DNA of 64,000 nucleotides from positions 2,542,001-2,606,000 of the forward strand of contig OZ218962.1 in the NCBI GenBank assembly GCA_965112735.1, read 5' to 3'. Below, piece by piece: positions 49,269 to 62,496 of the stretch. The notes beneath the pieces are model-generated. The model did no database searches and was not told where the DNA came from. It saw only the letters and a program-made list of their open reading frames with translations. Source of the DNA: Phaeosaccion multiseriatum. Taxonomy: Eukaryota; Protista; Ochrophyta, other classes. Numbering within the stretch: position 1 is the first letter of the stretch; each line of letters starts with the position of its first letter. The position numbers and the translations under genes are program-made.

Positions 49269-51582
49269 ATGCACACCAGAAGAGAGGAAGCACCTGAAAG
49301 TAGTGTAGACAGTGGCGGCAGCAGGACCAGCCGCAGCAACTCGAGCAGCGTGCGGACGGGAGGGGGGAAACCGGGACGGGGGCAAGGGCGGCAGCGCAGG
49401 CAGACCTTGGAAGCAGCAGCAGAGGCTGCGGCCACCGAGGGGCATCGGCAAGACGTGTGGAAGCGCTATAAAACGTGCTTTCAATCGGATCTTGGCTTCG
49501 ACCGAATCACCGGCTTGGCGGCCAAGACTCTGCACACCAGCGCAGCGGTCCTGGTACTGAAGCTAGAGAGCGGCTACAGATGGGTCAGCTGGGCTGGGAG
49601 TGTATTCGCGGGAGACGTCGTGTCCAACGTGAGTGCCTGCGTACGTTCTTGCTTGCTGCCTGTGTGCTTGCTCAACTGCGTGGTGGTGGTGGTGATCGCG
49701 GTGTGAGATCCTGGAGGGGCTCCTGCCTGCCTGCCAGAGCGCTATTTGATTCTTGTCTTCTGCGTGTTCAATGTGCCAGTGATGCCGCGGTGCGGAGGAG
49801 AGTAAATTAAGTTTTGGGGAAACCTACCCTAAGGCCCACCAACCCGTCCTCCTCCTCCTTCTCCTCCTTCTTCCTCTTGCTTCTCCTCCTCCTGCTGCTG
49901 CTGCCTTGACCCTGCGGCACCGCTGCTTGCAGACATCCTCCCCCAACCCCCTTGTCGATTATGTGATGAATGGTATCCCTGGTCAGCCGACCATCATCCC
50001 GGACGTCCGTCGGGAACCATCCCTGGCGGGCGCAAACACGTCAACGCTCTTACCGGGCGTGCCCAATATCAGATTCGCAGCAGGTAGTGCACGCTGGCGG
50101 CCTCTCTCTCTCAAATATTGTGTGTACGTTCTGGTAACGGCTCTGTTTCTCCCCCTCAGAGTACGGGAATTAAGAGAGTGGCAGAGTCAGCAGGTCCCTC
50201 TCCACGCTCACCGCCTTTTTGATTGAGCTTAAATTGTTCCCTGAGGGTGAGAGGATTGTGATCGTACATTCCACCGATCAATGTGTCGATTCCATCCAAG
50301 TACAAGGTTAACCGCCCTCCTCCCCTTCCCCCCCCCCGTATCACCAACAGGCGTAGACTTCATGGTCGAAAACGCCCCTCTTGGCGCTCTCATCATCGCC
50401 GACTCAGAGCCCTGGCCAGACGGCATCAGTGTGAGGGAGAAGTGCTACCTCACTGAGTTTGCTCGCCTCGTCACCAGCGAGGTGATGCTTCGCTCCGAAC
50501 GTCGCGCTGAACACGCCTCCTACCTCACCACCACCGCGCACAACCTCAAAATGCCACTCGAGGTGTGTCGTGAGCTCCAGGGGTGGGGCAGGTGGTTCCT
50601 TCCGTGGTTCCTTCCGGCGGTGTGGTTCTGTCATTTTGTTTCTGTGGTGTGGCACTGTGGTTGTCGTTCGGCTGCCATCTTTTCTCTATGCCCACGAAGT
50701 TTTAAATCCCCCTGCTGTCTCCTACAAATACTCACACGAAATCTCATTTCAAGTGTGCCCTCCCCCCATACACCTTTGTCTCTGTTTTGTTCGGTCTTCC
50801 CTATCCCTCCCCCCCAGTACCTGACAACGACCCTGAGTGAATTGAGACAAGAGTTGGACAAGCTGGGGTACAGCGAGACCCCACCCTCACCAGCACCATC
50901 ATCAGCAGTTGATGATACACCGCCACCACCACCACCACCAGCACTTGGTGATACGGCGGCAGCAGCAGAAGCAGCAGCAGGAGCAGCAGCATCGGCGGCA
51001 GCAGAGGTGGAGGGTGGACACGGCGCCTCTGCGCAACAAGATCAGCAGTTGGTGGTACAGCAGCAGCGGGCGGCGCTGGAATGCGCAGAGGTGTGTGTAG
51101 ATATGATGCATCAAACGGTGGGGTGCGCAATTCAGGAGAGCACCAGCATGCTGAACCCCAGTCTGTGGGAGACATCACAGGAGAGAGATGCGAGGGAGAG
51201 TGAGAGCGAAGGGCCAGGGAAGGGCAAGGGAAAAGAGGAGCAAGGTGGTGGTTTTGGGTCCGAGCATGACCCAATGCTAACCATCGCGAGGGGCAAGACT
51301 CTCGTGGAGACGGACGTTCGGGCACTTGTGCAGCGCTGTGTGACAATTGCGAGTCACATGATCCCGGAGGGGGAGGTGAGCGTGCTTGTGGGGGGGGGGG
51401 AGTGGGGTGTATAGACATTTGTCCCAATTCCCAACCCAACCTTCCTTCCTCTCCAACCCCCTTCCTTGCTCACACTCTCATTCTCTATCCTCTGCGGGAT
51501 TGCGTGTGCTGTTTCGTCTGCAATTTTCGTCACCCCCACCCCCCTACTCTTTTCCACCCCTTCTTCTTCTTCTTGTTGTTGC

Positions 51583-51628
<46 letters not shown>

Positions 51629-54114
51629 ATTGTTGTTGTTATTGTTGTTGTTGTTGTTGTTGTTGTTGTTTGTTTGTTGTTGTTGTCTATGGTATGCAGG
51701 CCTCTGTGAATTGCAACGTGAAGATTGTCGAGCCCCCTGCCGTATCACCAACTGCTGACGCTGCGACTCAGCCTATAGGGGACGACGCGGACTGTCTAGA
51801 GGTCCCCGCGCTCGTGAAGACGAATGGCCAAGTTGTGTGGCACTGCATCATGGACCTGCTCAGCAACGCTTGCCGCTTTTGCGGAGGAGGAGAGGTGGTG
51901 AGTGAGAGAGAGAGTGAGTGAGTGAGCGAGTGAGGGATGGAGTGAGTATGAGTGAGTGAGTGAGTCAGTCAGTCAGTCAGTGAGCGAGTGAGTGAGTGAG
52001 TGAGTGGGTGGATGACTGAGTGAGTGAGTTGAGTGAGTGAGTGAGTGACTGGGTGGATGAGTGTTTCGGAGAGGGAAGGCAGAGAGGATGTATGGATGTT
52101 GGAAACACCTCCACCCTACTACTACTACTGCTGCTGCTACTACTACTACTCTTACTACTAGACTAATAGCACTAACTCTTCTTGCTCTTGCTCTTCCTCT
52201 TGCCCCTGCCCCTGCCCCTGCCCAGACGGTGTGTGTGTCGGCGAGCAAGACACATGGGGTGGTGCACATCAAAGTGTGCGTGCAGGACAAAGGGCCAGGG
52301 GTGGCGGAGGAGCTTCTGGGCAAGGTAGGGCGATGGAAGGCGATGGAAGGCGATGATGGTGGGGAGGAGAGGGGGGCGGGGAGGGGGGAGGAAGGTATAA
52401 CAATGAGGAGCTGCGCGTGGGTGTGGGGGGTGTAATTGCGTTTGCTTTTCTACATGCAAGGAAAGCCGCAGCGAGGAGTGGGGTAGTTCAGAGGAAGAGG
52501 ACGAGGGTTTCATCCAGAGACAAGAAGAGCTTCTCTGAGAGGGAAAGACACTCTAGTTTTCTGCGGCTCTGCAAGGATTCTCTCAGAAGGCTCACCTCCC
52601 CCCCCCCCCCCCTCCTTGCATACACACACGCACACTTGCGCGCCCACATATGTACACTTCCCCCCCCCCCCACACACACATATATATACACACTCAAACC
52701 CATGCGCGCACACACGCACGAAAATGCACAGCTTTTTTCAACTCCGTTCATCACCGCGGGCAGAAAGCACGAGGGTCAAGGGCTCGGGTTGTTTTCCGTC
52801 AGCAAGGCCATGAAGTCAATTGGAGGGACGTGCGGCTGTGTGAACCTTGCGCCTTCCTCAGAGGAAGGGGGAGGGGAGGGGGCGGAGGAGGAGAAGGGGA
52901 GGGGCAAGGCGGGCGACAAGGGGGATGAGGAGGAGGGGGAGCAGACAGGTGTGCATGCCTGGATTGAGTTTCCGGACTGCAATAGCCTGCTCTCTACAGC
53001 TGATTCGGAAGAGATGGAAGACGTAGAGGGAGAGGGCTCATCGCCTTCGAGGAGGTGAGGCTTGTAGGGGGTGATGTTGGTGAAGCGAGGGTACACGTGA
53101 TTGTCAGTTGAGGGGAGGTTATTGCTGCTGCTGCTTCTGATGTCGATGGGTCGTACCCAAGCCCTACTGCTGTAGTGTTCGGAACTGAGTTTGGGGTTCT
53201 TATCTGCTTTGCTCATGCCTCCTCCTCCTCCTCCTCCTCCTCCTCCTCCTCCTCCTCCTCTCACTCCTGCTTGACTCGACTCTCGGAATCGCTCTTGCAG
53301 ACGAAGCCTCTCCCCCTCTTTGGCGGATCGCTTCCAAGGTACCCTTTCTTCTCTATTCAAGGCGAAAAACACCACCACAACAAAGACGACAATGTCAACG
53401 AAAAGGGCCCTCGTGATCGACGACAGCTCCGCCACTCGTGACGTCATCACTGACATGCTGCGCCCCCGGGGGTGGAGCGTCGATCAGGTACGATATGGTC
53501 TCTATATGTAGTCATGTCCTGACACACGGTGCCCGTCCCTCCCCCCTCTGTCCTGACACCCCCCACCCCTCTGTCCTGACACTCCTCACCCCTCTGTCCT
53601 GACACTCCTCACACCTCTGTCCTGACACCCCCCACCCCCCTGTCCTGACACACCGTCCTGACACCACGAACGAGCGCAGGCCAAGGGCGCGCACCAGGGT
53701 CTGTCGATGCTCAAGGCGGAGGCATACCAGTTGGTGATACTGGATATGGTCATGCCTGTGATGTCGGGCCTCCAAGTCGTGGTGGCGTATCGAAAGTGGG
53801 TAACTACGCTACTTACCGAGGCTCTGACGGAGGGAGGAGGAGGAGGAGGAGGAGAAGGAGGAGGAGGGGGAGCAGCGGGAGGAGGAGAACAAGGCAACAA
53901 CGATGCGAACAGTCAGGAAATGATTCTGCGGAGGAGAATGACGTACATTGCCATGCTACGTAGCCAGGAGGTGACTGAGGAGGACATGGAGCCGGGGACG
54001 CGCGAACTTGTGAGCGAAGTGTTGGAAAATCCCTTGACGGAAGGCGACATGGAGTCACTCTTGGGCAGGGTGGAGGGGTACATGGGGCAGTTTCAAGTGA
54101 GTCAATTGAAGTAG
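49269..54114 (+). CDS. Hybrid histidine kinase: GAF + HisKA + HATPase_c + receiver, ~9 exons
   Basis: GAF: FDRITGLAAKTL, IIPDVRRE, NIRFAA|G, LGALIIADSEP. H-box TAHNLKMPL, N-box DLLSNACRF, G1 VQDKGPGV, G2 GQGLGL. Receiver: ALVIDDS, YQLVILDMVMPVMSG. Confidence 0.88.
53516..53663. repeat. Intronic ~24 bp minisatellite (TGTCCTGACAC-C-rich), about 7 copies
   Basis: Direct inspection. Confidence 0.85.
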
Positions 54115-54686
54115 GGGTTGAAGAATCGGCCGATTCGTCTCGTTTCCCAAGGCAGCGAACTCCACGGTGGGGTAACGGGCGGCTTATCCCCCCCTCCCCA
54201 GTAGTATAGTACGTAGAAGGGTAGTACTACTTTTCGCATAGAAGTAGTATACTGCGAAGAAAGAAAAGAATAAGAATTGGAGCCCCTTCCCACTGTCCGT
54301 CCGTCCCCCCTCCGGCTGCAGCAGTAGCAGCACAAGCAGAACCATAGCATCATGGGCAGGGCAAGAAGGGGGGGAGAAGGAGAGGGACAGGGTTTCACCG
54401 CCATTTGTGAGTGGCCGTGGATTCGACTCCCTCATTGATGATTTGCGAGAGCTGTTTGCGTCATTCGGCGGCGATTAGCCGTAGCGCTCCAGCGGGCCCG
54501 ACACGGTTCGACACAGGATCCTGGCTGGTATCAACTTTGTTCCAATGGGGAGAACTGATGAGTCAGAGGGACACGACCTCGAGGGCTAAGTTCCCCGGCC
54601 GCGGGCGGTGAGACATTACTTTTAGACAACCATAGATGGCACTTAAAGGTGTAATACATTCCATGATTTGCAACAAATAACGGCAG

Positions 54687-57354
54687 ATGTATAAAGGGTC
54701 AATATACGCGGACAGTGAGCAGATGCAGCCGAAAGAAGGGGGTTGGACGGCCTTTGTGGAAGCTGAGCGCCAGAGGGAAGCAGCGAGGAGCTGCCTCCGA
54801 CACCTGCGCCACAAGAAAAGGGGGAGGAGAGATATCGCCGTGGTAGGCAAGGCTTGCAAAGCAGTCTCTGAGCGGCTGCTTGAGGACTGGCTAGACTGGG
54901 CTGTGAGTGCAGCACCGGAGTCTCGAGTATCATCGTCATCGAGTAGCAGTACTGGAGAACGAAGGAAGAAACTACGCCACGCGTGGCAATCGTTTCGACC
55001 TCGGACCAATGCCGACCTCGCCTATGCCAGCCTTGAAGATCCCGCTCAGGTGTGTTAAAGCCCTGACTGTTGTGCCCACTCTTATATGGCCACCCTACAT
55101 CGTGCCTGGATGGTGATGCTTGTGAACCCGATGAACCAAGACTTAGTAGTTCAGGCCAGAGAGTGTAGAAGGAGAATGAAAAATTTCAGAGGAACGAGGC
55201 GACCCAAAATCCCTCACACGCACCCACATTGAACAAGTTCACAAGCGGAGGCACCCAACCCGCTTCTCCCTACCTACCTCCCTTGGCTGACACGAACAGG
55301 TGCTCCACTTCCTGTCTGAATCCGACGAGGGCTGCTGGCTACCCGACGAAGTAAAGACAGCGCTACGCAGAGCCAAGTCGGAGGGACTACAAGCCATACT
55401 CCTAACGGGCTATCAAGACAGCGCTTTCTTAGGCCCCTGCATCAGGGCGGTGCAGGAATACACAGGGAAACGGTTCGAGGCCAGCGCTTCTGCTGCAGCT
55501 GCAAATGCAAGCCAAGAGTCCGCGGAGGAAGGAGAGGGGGGGGAAGACAGCGAAGGCGATGATGATGATGAGGAGGAGGGGGAGGAGAAAGAGGGGAAGG
55601 TGCAAGGCGAAGACGACGAGGAGGAGGATGAGGGAGGTGAGCAGATCGAGAACCAAGGAGCTCGTGGGGCGAGAAAGGAGCGAGAGCAGATGCAGAGGCA
55701 GCGGCAGCGTAGACGGGGCCGAAGAGGAGGGGGACCTGTCTTCAGAGGCTCCCTGACGGAAGGGCCGCCGCCACCACCACAGCCCTCCTACTTGGAGTAC
55801 GCCGCTGAGGAGTTTTGCCTCTCTTGCGTCGAAAAGGACTTCTCCGGAAGAGGTGGCGGTGAAGGGGGGTGGGACTTTGAACGACGAGCGGCGAGGGGGA
55901 GGGAGGCCCCAGCCACGACAACAGCGACAAGAGTCACCCGTCGACGAGAGCGCGCTGTTCTGCTGTACAATGAGCGTCTGTACGGCCCTTGGGTGCCCTT
56001 CAAGGGGAAGCACTTCCGCGTACAGGTGACCACCACAACAGGGGCTCGAGGAGGAGGAGGAGGAGGAGGAGGAGGAGGAGGAGGAGAAGGAGGAGGAGGA
56101 GAAGGAGGAGGAGCAGGGGAAGATAGTCAGCAGCTGACGTTTGAGGTGGAGCTGGAGCTGGACGCGTGGGCGGCAGAGAGAGACACTTGTCGCTTCGGAT
56201 GTCCGGGTAAGCCACTGCTCGTGCCTTTCGTCCACCGGGAGGAGGAGGACGAGGAGGAAGGGGAGGGGGGGGAGGGGGAGGAGTACGAAGAGCAAAGGGA
56301 GGCGGAGCGGACCGCTGGTTTCCGTGATGATGCGCCATGGGAGGCGGCCCCTCTTGATGGAGGTGCGAATGAACGAGGCAGCGGAGACCTGTCCTCAGGA
56401 GCTGGAGGTGCTGTAACTGTAGCTGGGACAGAGGCCGGTTTGGTCGCGGCACAGGTACGCGTGGGGGATCTAGTGCTGACCCGCGGGGGCAGTGGTCTCG
56501 GGGCAGCAAGTGAGTGGCTGCGGGTGGAGGTGGTAAGCGTGAAGGACGTTGCTGTGCTGCTCTGCTCACAGCTGTCAGACGCAGGGGGGATGGAGGAGGA
56601 GGAGGAGGAGGAGGAGGAGGAGGAGGATGATGATGATGAGAATCACAGTCACAATCACCGTCACAGAAGCGAAAGGAGAATGAGCACACGTTTTCGTAGC
56701 AAGGGGAGGCACCTTCCAAGAACGGTTGGGAAGCAGCCTCCGCAGTCGTGCGCTCTAGTGGAGCTTGAGCCTGCTCTCCTGGCGGGCTGTTTCGTCTATC
56801 GCAAGGTGGGTGGTTGCTCATTGCGTACGGCAAGTGGCCTTAAGTGGAAGGGCGGCAACAGGCATGTTGCCTTGTCTGACGTAAGCAAAGGAATACAGAG
56901 CAGAGAGGCATGGGAATACCATGACACTATTTAATTCCCACCCACTCAACCATCCACCCGTCCATCCATCCATCCATCCATCCATCCATCCATCCATCCA
57001 TCCATCCATCCATCCATCCATCCATCCATCCATCCATCCATCCCCCTATCCCTCGCATGGGCACACAGCGAGGACCTCGTCAACCGCCCATCGCCTTCCG
57101 CCTGCCCGTTCTAGATGCCTCCGTAGGCCTCGCTCACCTCCACACCTGGGCGGCGGAGGACTCTCGTCTGACGAAGATGGAGTCAGATCTCGCCTCTGAT
57201 GTGTGCGCCATGCAGGCCGCAGCCGCCAGGACGTGAGTGCGTGCGTATGTGTGTGTGTGGGTGGGTGGATGCGTATGTGTGAGTGAGTGAGTGAGTGTGT
57301 GTGTGTGTGTGGGTGGGTGGATGCGTATGTGTGAGTGAGTGAGTGAGTGAGTGA

Positions 57355-57387
<33 letters not shown>

Positions 57388-58983
57388 GGTGGGTGCGTAT
57401 GTGGAGTGAGTATGTGTGCGTGTGTGTCAGGAGGGAGTGCGGGCGGGCGGGCGGGCGGGAGGGAGGGAGGGAGGGAGCAAGTGATTTTGTGGTTGAGTTT
57501 GTGGGTGAGGGTGACTCATGTGTGAGAGAGTGAGAGGGCGATTGCATGAGTTGCGCGGGCGTGTGAGTGTGCGCGTGGCTGAGGGCGTGTGTGCCTCCGT
57601 GATTGACTGCATGAATGGATGAGGAAGGAAGAGAGGGAGAGTGAGTGAGTGAGAGACCGAATGCGTGAGTGAATGACCCCGTGAGTGAGTGAGTGAGTGC
57701 GTGAGTGAGTGAGTTAGTGCTTGCATGAGCCTACGCGAGTTGAGTGAGTCAGAGCAGTATAGATGTAGTCAGCTCACCTCAGTCTCTCCTCTATCCCAAC
57801 TTCTTAACCCCTTCTGCTACCCACACCCTACCCCACGTCGTTTGGCACATGTGCGGATGTGCATGCGTGCGTGTGTGCGTGTGTGTCTGCCCTTGTCACG
57901 GTTGCACGACTACCGCTTGACTATCGCTGACTCTAGGAGTCTGTGGCGAAAGGAGAAGGACGAAACCGTCATCGCGGCGCGCCTCCTCTCTCAGCTAAGC
58001 TCCACGCGAGCTACTGACGCCAACAAATGGATGGAGGTGAGGAGAGCGATGAGAGCCAGGCACATTCCTCCGCTCTCACCCCGTCCCCCCTGTGACTTTT
58101 TGGTAGTGCTTCGTAGGCCTGACTGACTGACTGACTGACTGACTGACTGACTGCCTGAGTGAGTGAGTGCCTGTCTGCACTGCCTTCCAACGCCCATCTG
58201 TGACTCTCGGACAACCAACACATGCACATACACAGGTGGGGCAGCTGCTCTTCTCCGTGAGTCGGCACTCCTCCATGCTACAGCGCTGGATACAGTGGAC
58301 TGTCCGGGCGGCGCCTCCACCCGTAGCACCAACTGCTGCACCACCACCTTCTCCTCTTCCTTCTTCTTTATGCACCCCGGCGGGGAGGAGACGCTTAGCA
58401 GCAACAGCAGCAGTTGGTGATACAGGAGGAGGAGGAGGGTCTCCGAGGAGGGGCTTTACGGAGCAGGACTGTGCCCAGGCGTGGAGAAAGATCCGTCCCC
58501 GCACCTCCATGGACAGCCCCGACGCCGTCGGATGCAGAGAGTTCCTAACAGAGGCTCATGTTGCTGCGGCGGCGGCTGCTGCTACTGGATCACCAACTGG
58601 CGCAGCCGCCCAGAGGGCAGGCGACGAGGCCCGGAAGCGACATGTGAGTAACGTGCGAGGGGGGTCAGGGGATCAGACACCATCTCCTGAGTGAGTGCTT
58701 GCAATGCGGAGCGGCAGATATGCAGTTGTTGCCTTCCCCGGTGCTTCTGGTCCACTGTCGAGTTGCTGCCCTGTGTGTAGCACCACTATGTCAACAAATG
58801 ACTCACTCTCTACACTCTCTAAGTGTTGCCCGGTCAACGTGCACATCAGCTACCATCCTCATCGCACCCCCCCCCCCCCCCTTGCCCCGCCCCTTCTTCA
58901 TCACCACGGAACACACCCCTCGCCTCTTCGCAAACAAAACAAACCAAAACAAAACAAAACAAATGTCTGCGCGCACACACCCA

Positions 58984-59031
<48 letters not shown>

Positions 59032-62000
59032 GCAAAGAGATCCTGGCGTGCTTCCCTCCTGAGCGCAAACGCGTACTGCCCTTCCTGGACAGCGCCGGTC
59101 AGCCCCTCGAGGTTCCCTGCGTTACCCTCTTTCGGGGAGGAGGAGGGGGGGGCGCCTCTCGCAACAACGGCGTGAGCGTCCCCCTCCCCCATGGGCTGCT
59201 GTATGGGGTGCCTCCCCTCAGCGATGAGCACTCCCTCGTACCCGGCAGTGTGGAGGCGGAGCTAAGGAAGGGGGATAAGGTGCTGCTTACCACAGAGTCA
59301 GCGGCCGTTTCATGTACGTTTGTGGGCTTGGGGGGTTGGTGGTGGGTGGTGATGGGGGATGCCTGTGTGTGTGTGTGCGTGTCTGTGTGTGCATTTGTGT
59401 GTGTGTGTTCGTGTGTGTGTCTATGTATGCATCCGTGTGTGTGTGTGTGTGGTACGGCCACCCTTCAAGTCGTTGTAGAGGAGGCCATTCCCAACCCCCC
59501 TGCCTCCACCGATCCCCCCCTGCTGCGTCATATGTGTTTTGATCTTGTTATTCATGTCTCCGCCATCTGTAACCACAGCCTTCCTTCCGTCATGGCAGCA
59601 AGTGCTTGCGTTTCGCCTGCAACGGCCTGGAGTCGTGCTACAAGAAACATGGCTGAGGGGAAACCCTTCCACCCATCGTCACCATCATCGGGGTAGTTCG
59701 GACTCACCTACTCCTCAGCAGCGACAGACTCGAACCCCGGGGGGGGACGGGAGGGGGAGCGCAGCAGAGGAGCGGTATGGACATGCAGTACTTATGGCCA
59801 TGCTACCCCCTCCCTACTACGGCTGTGGAGGAGGAGGAAGGAGAGGAGGAGGACGAGGAGGAAGAGGAGAAGCAGGAGCCGGAGGAGGAGGAGGAGCAGG
59901 AGGCGCAGGAGGGGGAGGTGGCACCGGCGCCAAGGGCCGCTCTCGACAACCCCCTCCCCCTCCTCGAAGAGAATTGGGTATCGAAAGTCTGTGGGGCGCT
60001 TGGGTATACAGAGCCCCTTGCGCGGCCCCGGGGGGTCCTCCAGAGGGTGATACAGCACCACCTGCCGATGCGGAAACCGATGGAGGGCTCCTGTTTCAGC
60101 TGCCTGTGCCCGACGCGGCAACGGCCCTCAAGCGGCTCTCTGCCTTGGCGGCTCACGATCGGGAGCAGCAGTTGGTGATGCTGCTGCAGCAGCAGCAGCA
60201 GCAGCAGCAGCGGCAGCGATACTCGGACCATCTCCACCTGCCTCCCTCTCCCTCCTCCTACTACTCTCCGGCCGCACGGCCAGGGGCAGTGGTAGTGCCG
60301 CGGTGCGAGGCCGGCATATCCCCGCGGGGGCAGCAGTTGGTGATACACCAGCAGCAGCAGCAGCAGCAGCAGCTGCATATACCAGTGCCGGGATCGTCAT
60401 CATCCTTTGCTTGGAACTCCCCCCGGGGCAACCATCACCAAAAGATCCAGAAGACGGGCAGGCGCAGTTTCAGTGCCAATGCTTGGGAAGAGCCTCAGGT
60501 CGGATCGTCGGGCTCGGGCTCGCTCCTCACCCCTGCCCCTTCAGTGCACCTCATCGAGGCGCGACAAAACGCCCTGCTTATTGCATGGGGCAAGGCCTTT
60601 GGCCCTGTGCGGGTGGACGTCTTTATGGCCCCACCAAAACGAAGTCTGAGCCACCATTCTCCGACGCGGGGCAGTGGCGTTGGCAGCGACAGCAGCAGCG
60701 ATGATGGGAGGAGGAGGAGGAGGAGGAGGAGGAGCGCTAGGGGGGGGGGAGGAGAAGGAGAAGAAGGCGGCGGCGGCGGCGGAGGAGGAGGAGGAGGAGG
60801 GAGAGGGGGCAAGAAGGTCTCCGAGGCGTTGTCGTCATCTGCGCAGCGGAGCACCAACAGGCCCTTGTGGGTGTGTGTGTACAGGGGCGTGGAGCAGGGC
60901 TGCGAGATCGAAGGGCTCAAGCCGGGCAGACCGTATCGCCTGCGCGTGGCGGAGGAGGGCTCCCACTATCGGTAAGCAGGGCAACGACTGTACCGTATCA
61001 CCAACTGCGGTGGCGGTGGGCTGGGGGCCTGTTGGCTGAGGATTTTTGAATTGTGTTACGAGGCGTTACTTATCGTTCCCAAAATTCGCCCTAGGTCAAG
61101 GCAGGGTGAAAGGGTCGAGGCCTTGATGGGGCGACACGAGGGGACCCCGGTTTCATCGGTTTCATCGTTTCATCGGTTTCATATTTCCATCGGTTGAGAG
61201 CTGTGCGATGAGTACACAACTCAAGGCCCGAGCGAAACAGCAAATGAATGCACCCTTATCCTCTTTCCTCCCTACCTCTATGGCGAATGACACTGACCAA
61301 AGCTTACTAACCTTTTCTGTATTACCAACTGCCGTACGTGTGCACGTCGTAGTCTCGTGGACTTTTGTACCCTTCCGGGGAAGCCCCCGGCCCCAGTAGC
61401 GGTGGCCTGGATCACAGGAGGAGGGGGAGGAGCGGGAGGAGGAGGGGAAGACCGCAGCGACGAGAAGACAGTGAGCCTCCGCCTGTGTCTCTTTGAGAAT
61501 GGCGACTTTGGGGTCCCAACACGAGGAAGCAGCAGCACATCCAGTGCCATCTCGATCTCCTGTTCCTCCTCGTTTCGAGTCTCGCGCGAGGAGAAGCGCC
61601 AGCGGTTACTGCAGTTGGAGAGTCGGCGCCGTCGGAATAGAGAGGAGGAGGTGGAGCAAGCTACAGCAGCAGCAGCAGCGAGTTCGGGTAAGGGTACGAG
61701 CAAGAAGAGTATGAGCCTGGACCTTCGTGCGGGGCGCTTCCGGCTTCAAACTCGTCCGGCAACTCCAGCAGTTGGTGATACATCAGCAACAGCAGCGAGC
61801 GCGAGGATGGGACAGCAGGATGCGACCGAGGGCCATGGAACGAGAAGGAGAGAGAACGGGGGAGGACGACGGGGAGGAGGAGGAGGAGGAGGAGGAGGAG
61901 GAGGAGGAGGAGGAGGAGGAGGAGGAGGAGGAGGAGGAGGAGGAGGAGGAGGACGAGGACGAGGAGGAGGAGGAGGACGAGGACGAGGAGATGATGGTAC

Positions 62001-62496
62001 GGTCATCAGGTCGCGAATAAAGGCAAGAGACCACGCTATAATGGAAGCCTGGGCGCTGGGATCGCCATCGGCGGCGGCGGCGGCTGCTGCGGCTGCTGAT
62101 GGTGGTGGCGGCGGCAAAGCGGAGTGTCAGGACGGTGAGGGTTGGGGAGAGACTGCTGCGCCGCCTGTGGCAACGGAGTGGCAGGACTGCTACTCTGGTC
62201 GGTCAAAATCTGTGGTGGTGACTGGTTTGCAGGCCTATCGCTACACGACCACCACGGCCGCCAACCACGGCAACAACAAGGAGGATGAGGAGAGGAATGC
62301 TTTTACTCATGCCTCATCTGATGCATCCCCGAGAGGAGCAATGGGACTCCGAGGCGGGGTGGTGGGGGTGGTGAGGAGGGAGAGGGCGCTGCATGAGTTC
62401 CGCTATTGTCTCTTGAACGACGACGGGGCGGCTGGGGAGTGGTCAGAGGTGGTGCGACTGAAAACGCCAAAGCTCAATTCACCAAGAGTACGATGA
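54687..62496 (+). CDS. Large multi-exon protein with two PriCT-2-like helical motifs and two C-terminal FN3-like domains
   Basis: PriCT-2-like: [21 protein letters not shown]...LRHAWQSF and [18 protein letters not shown]|VGQLL...MLQRWIQWT...[15 protein letters not shown]3-like: NALLIAW...WVCVYRG...[14 protein letters not shown] and WQDCYSG..SVVVTGL...[11 protein letters not shown]. Some internal junctions are unresolved, so it could be two genes. Confidence 0.55.
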
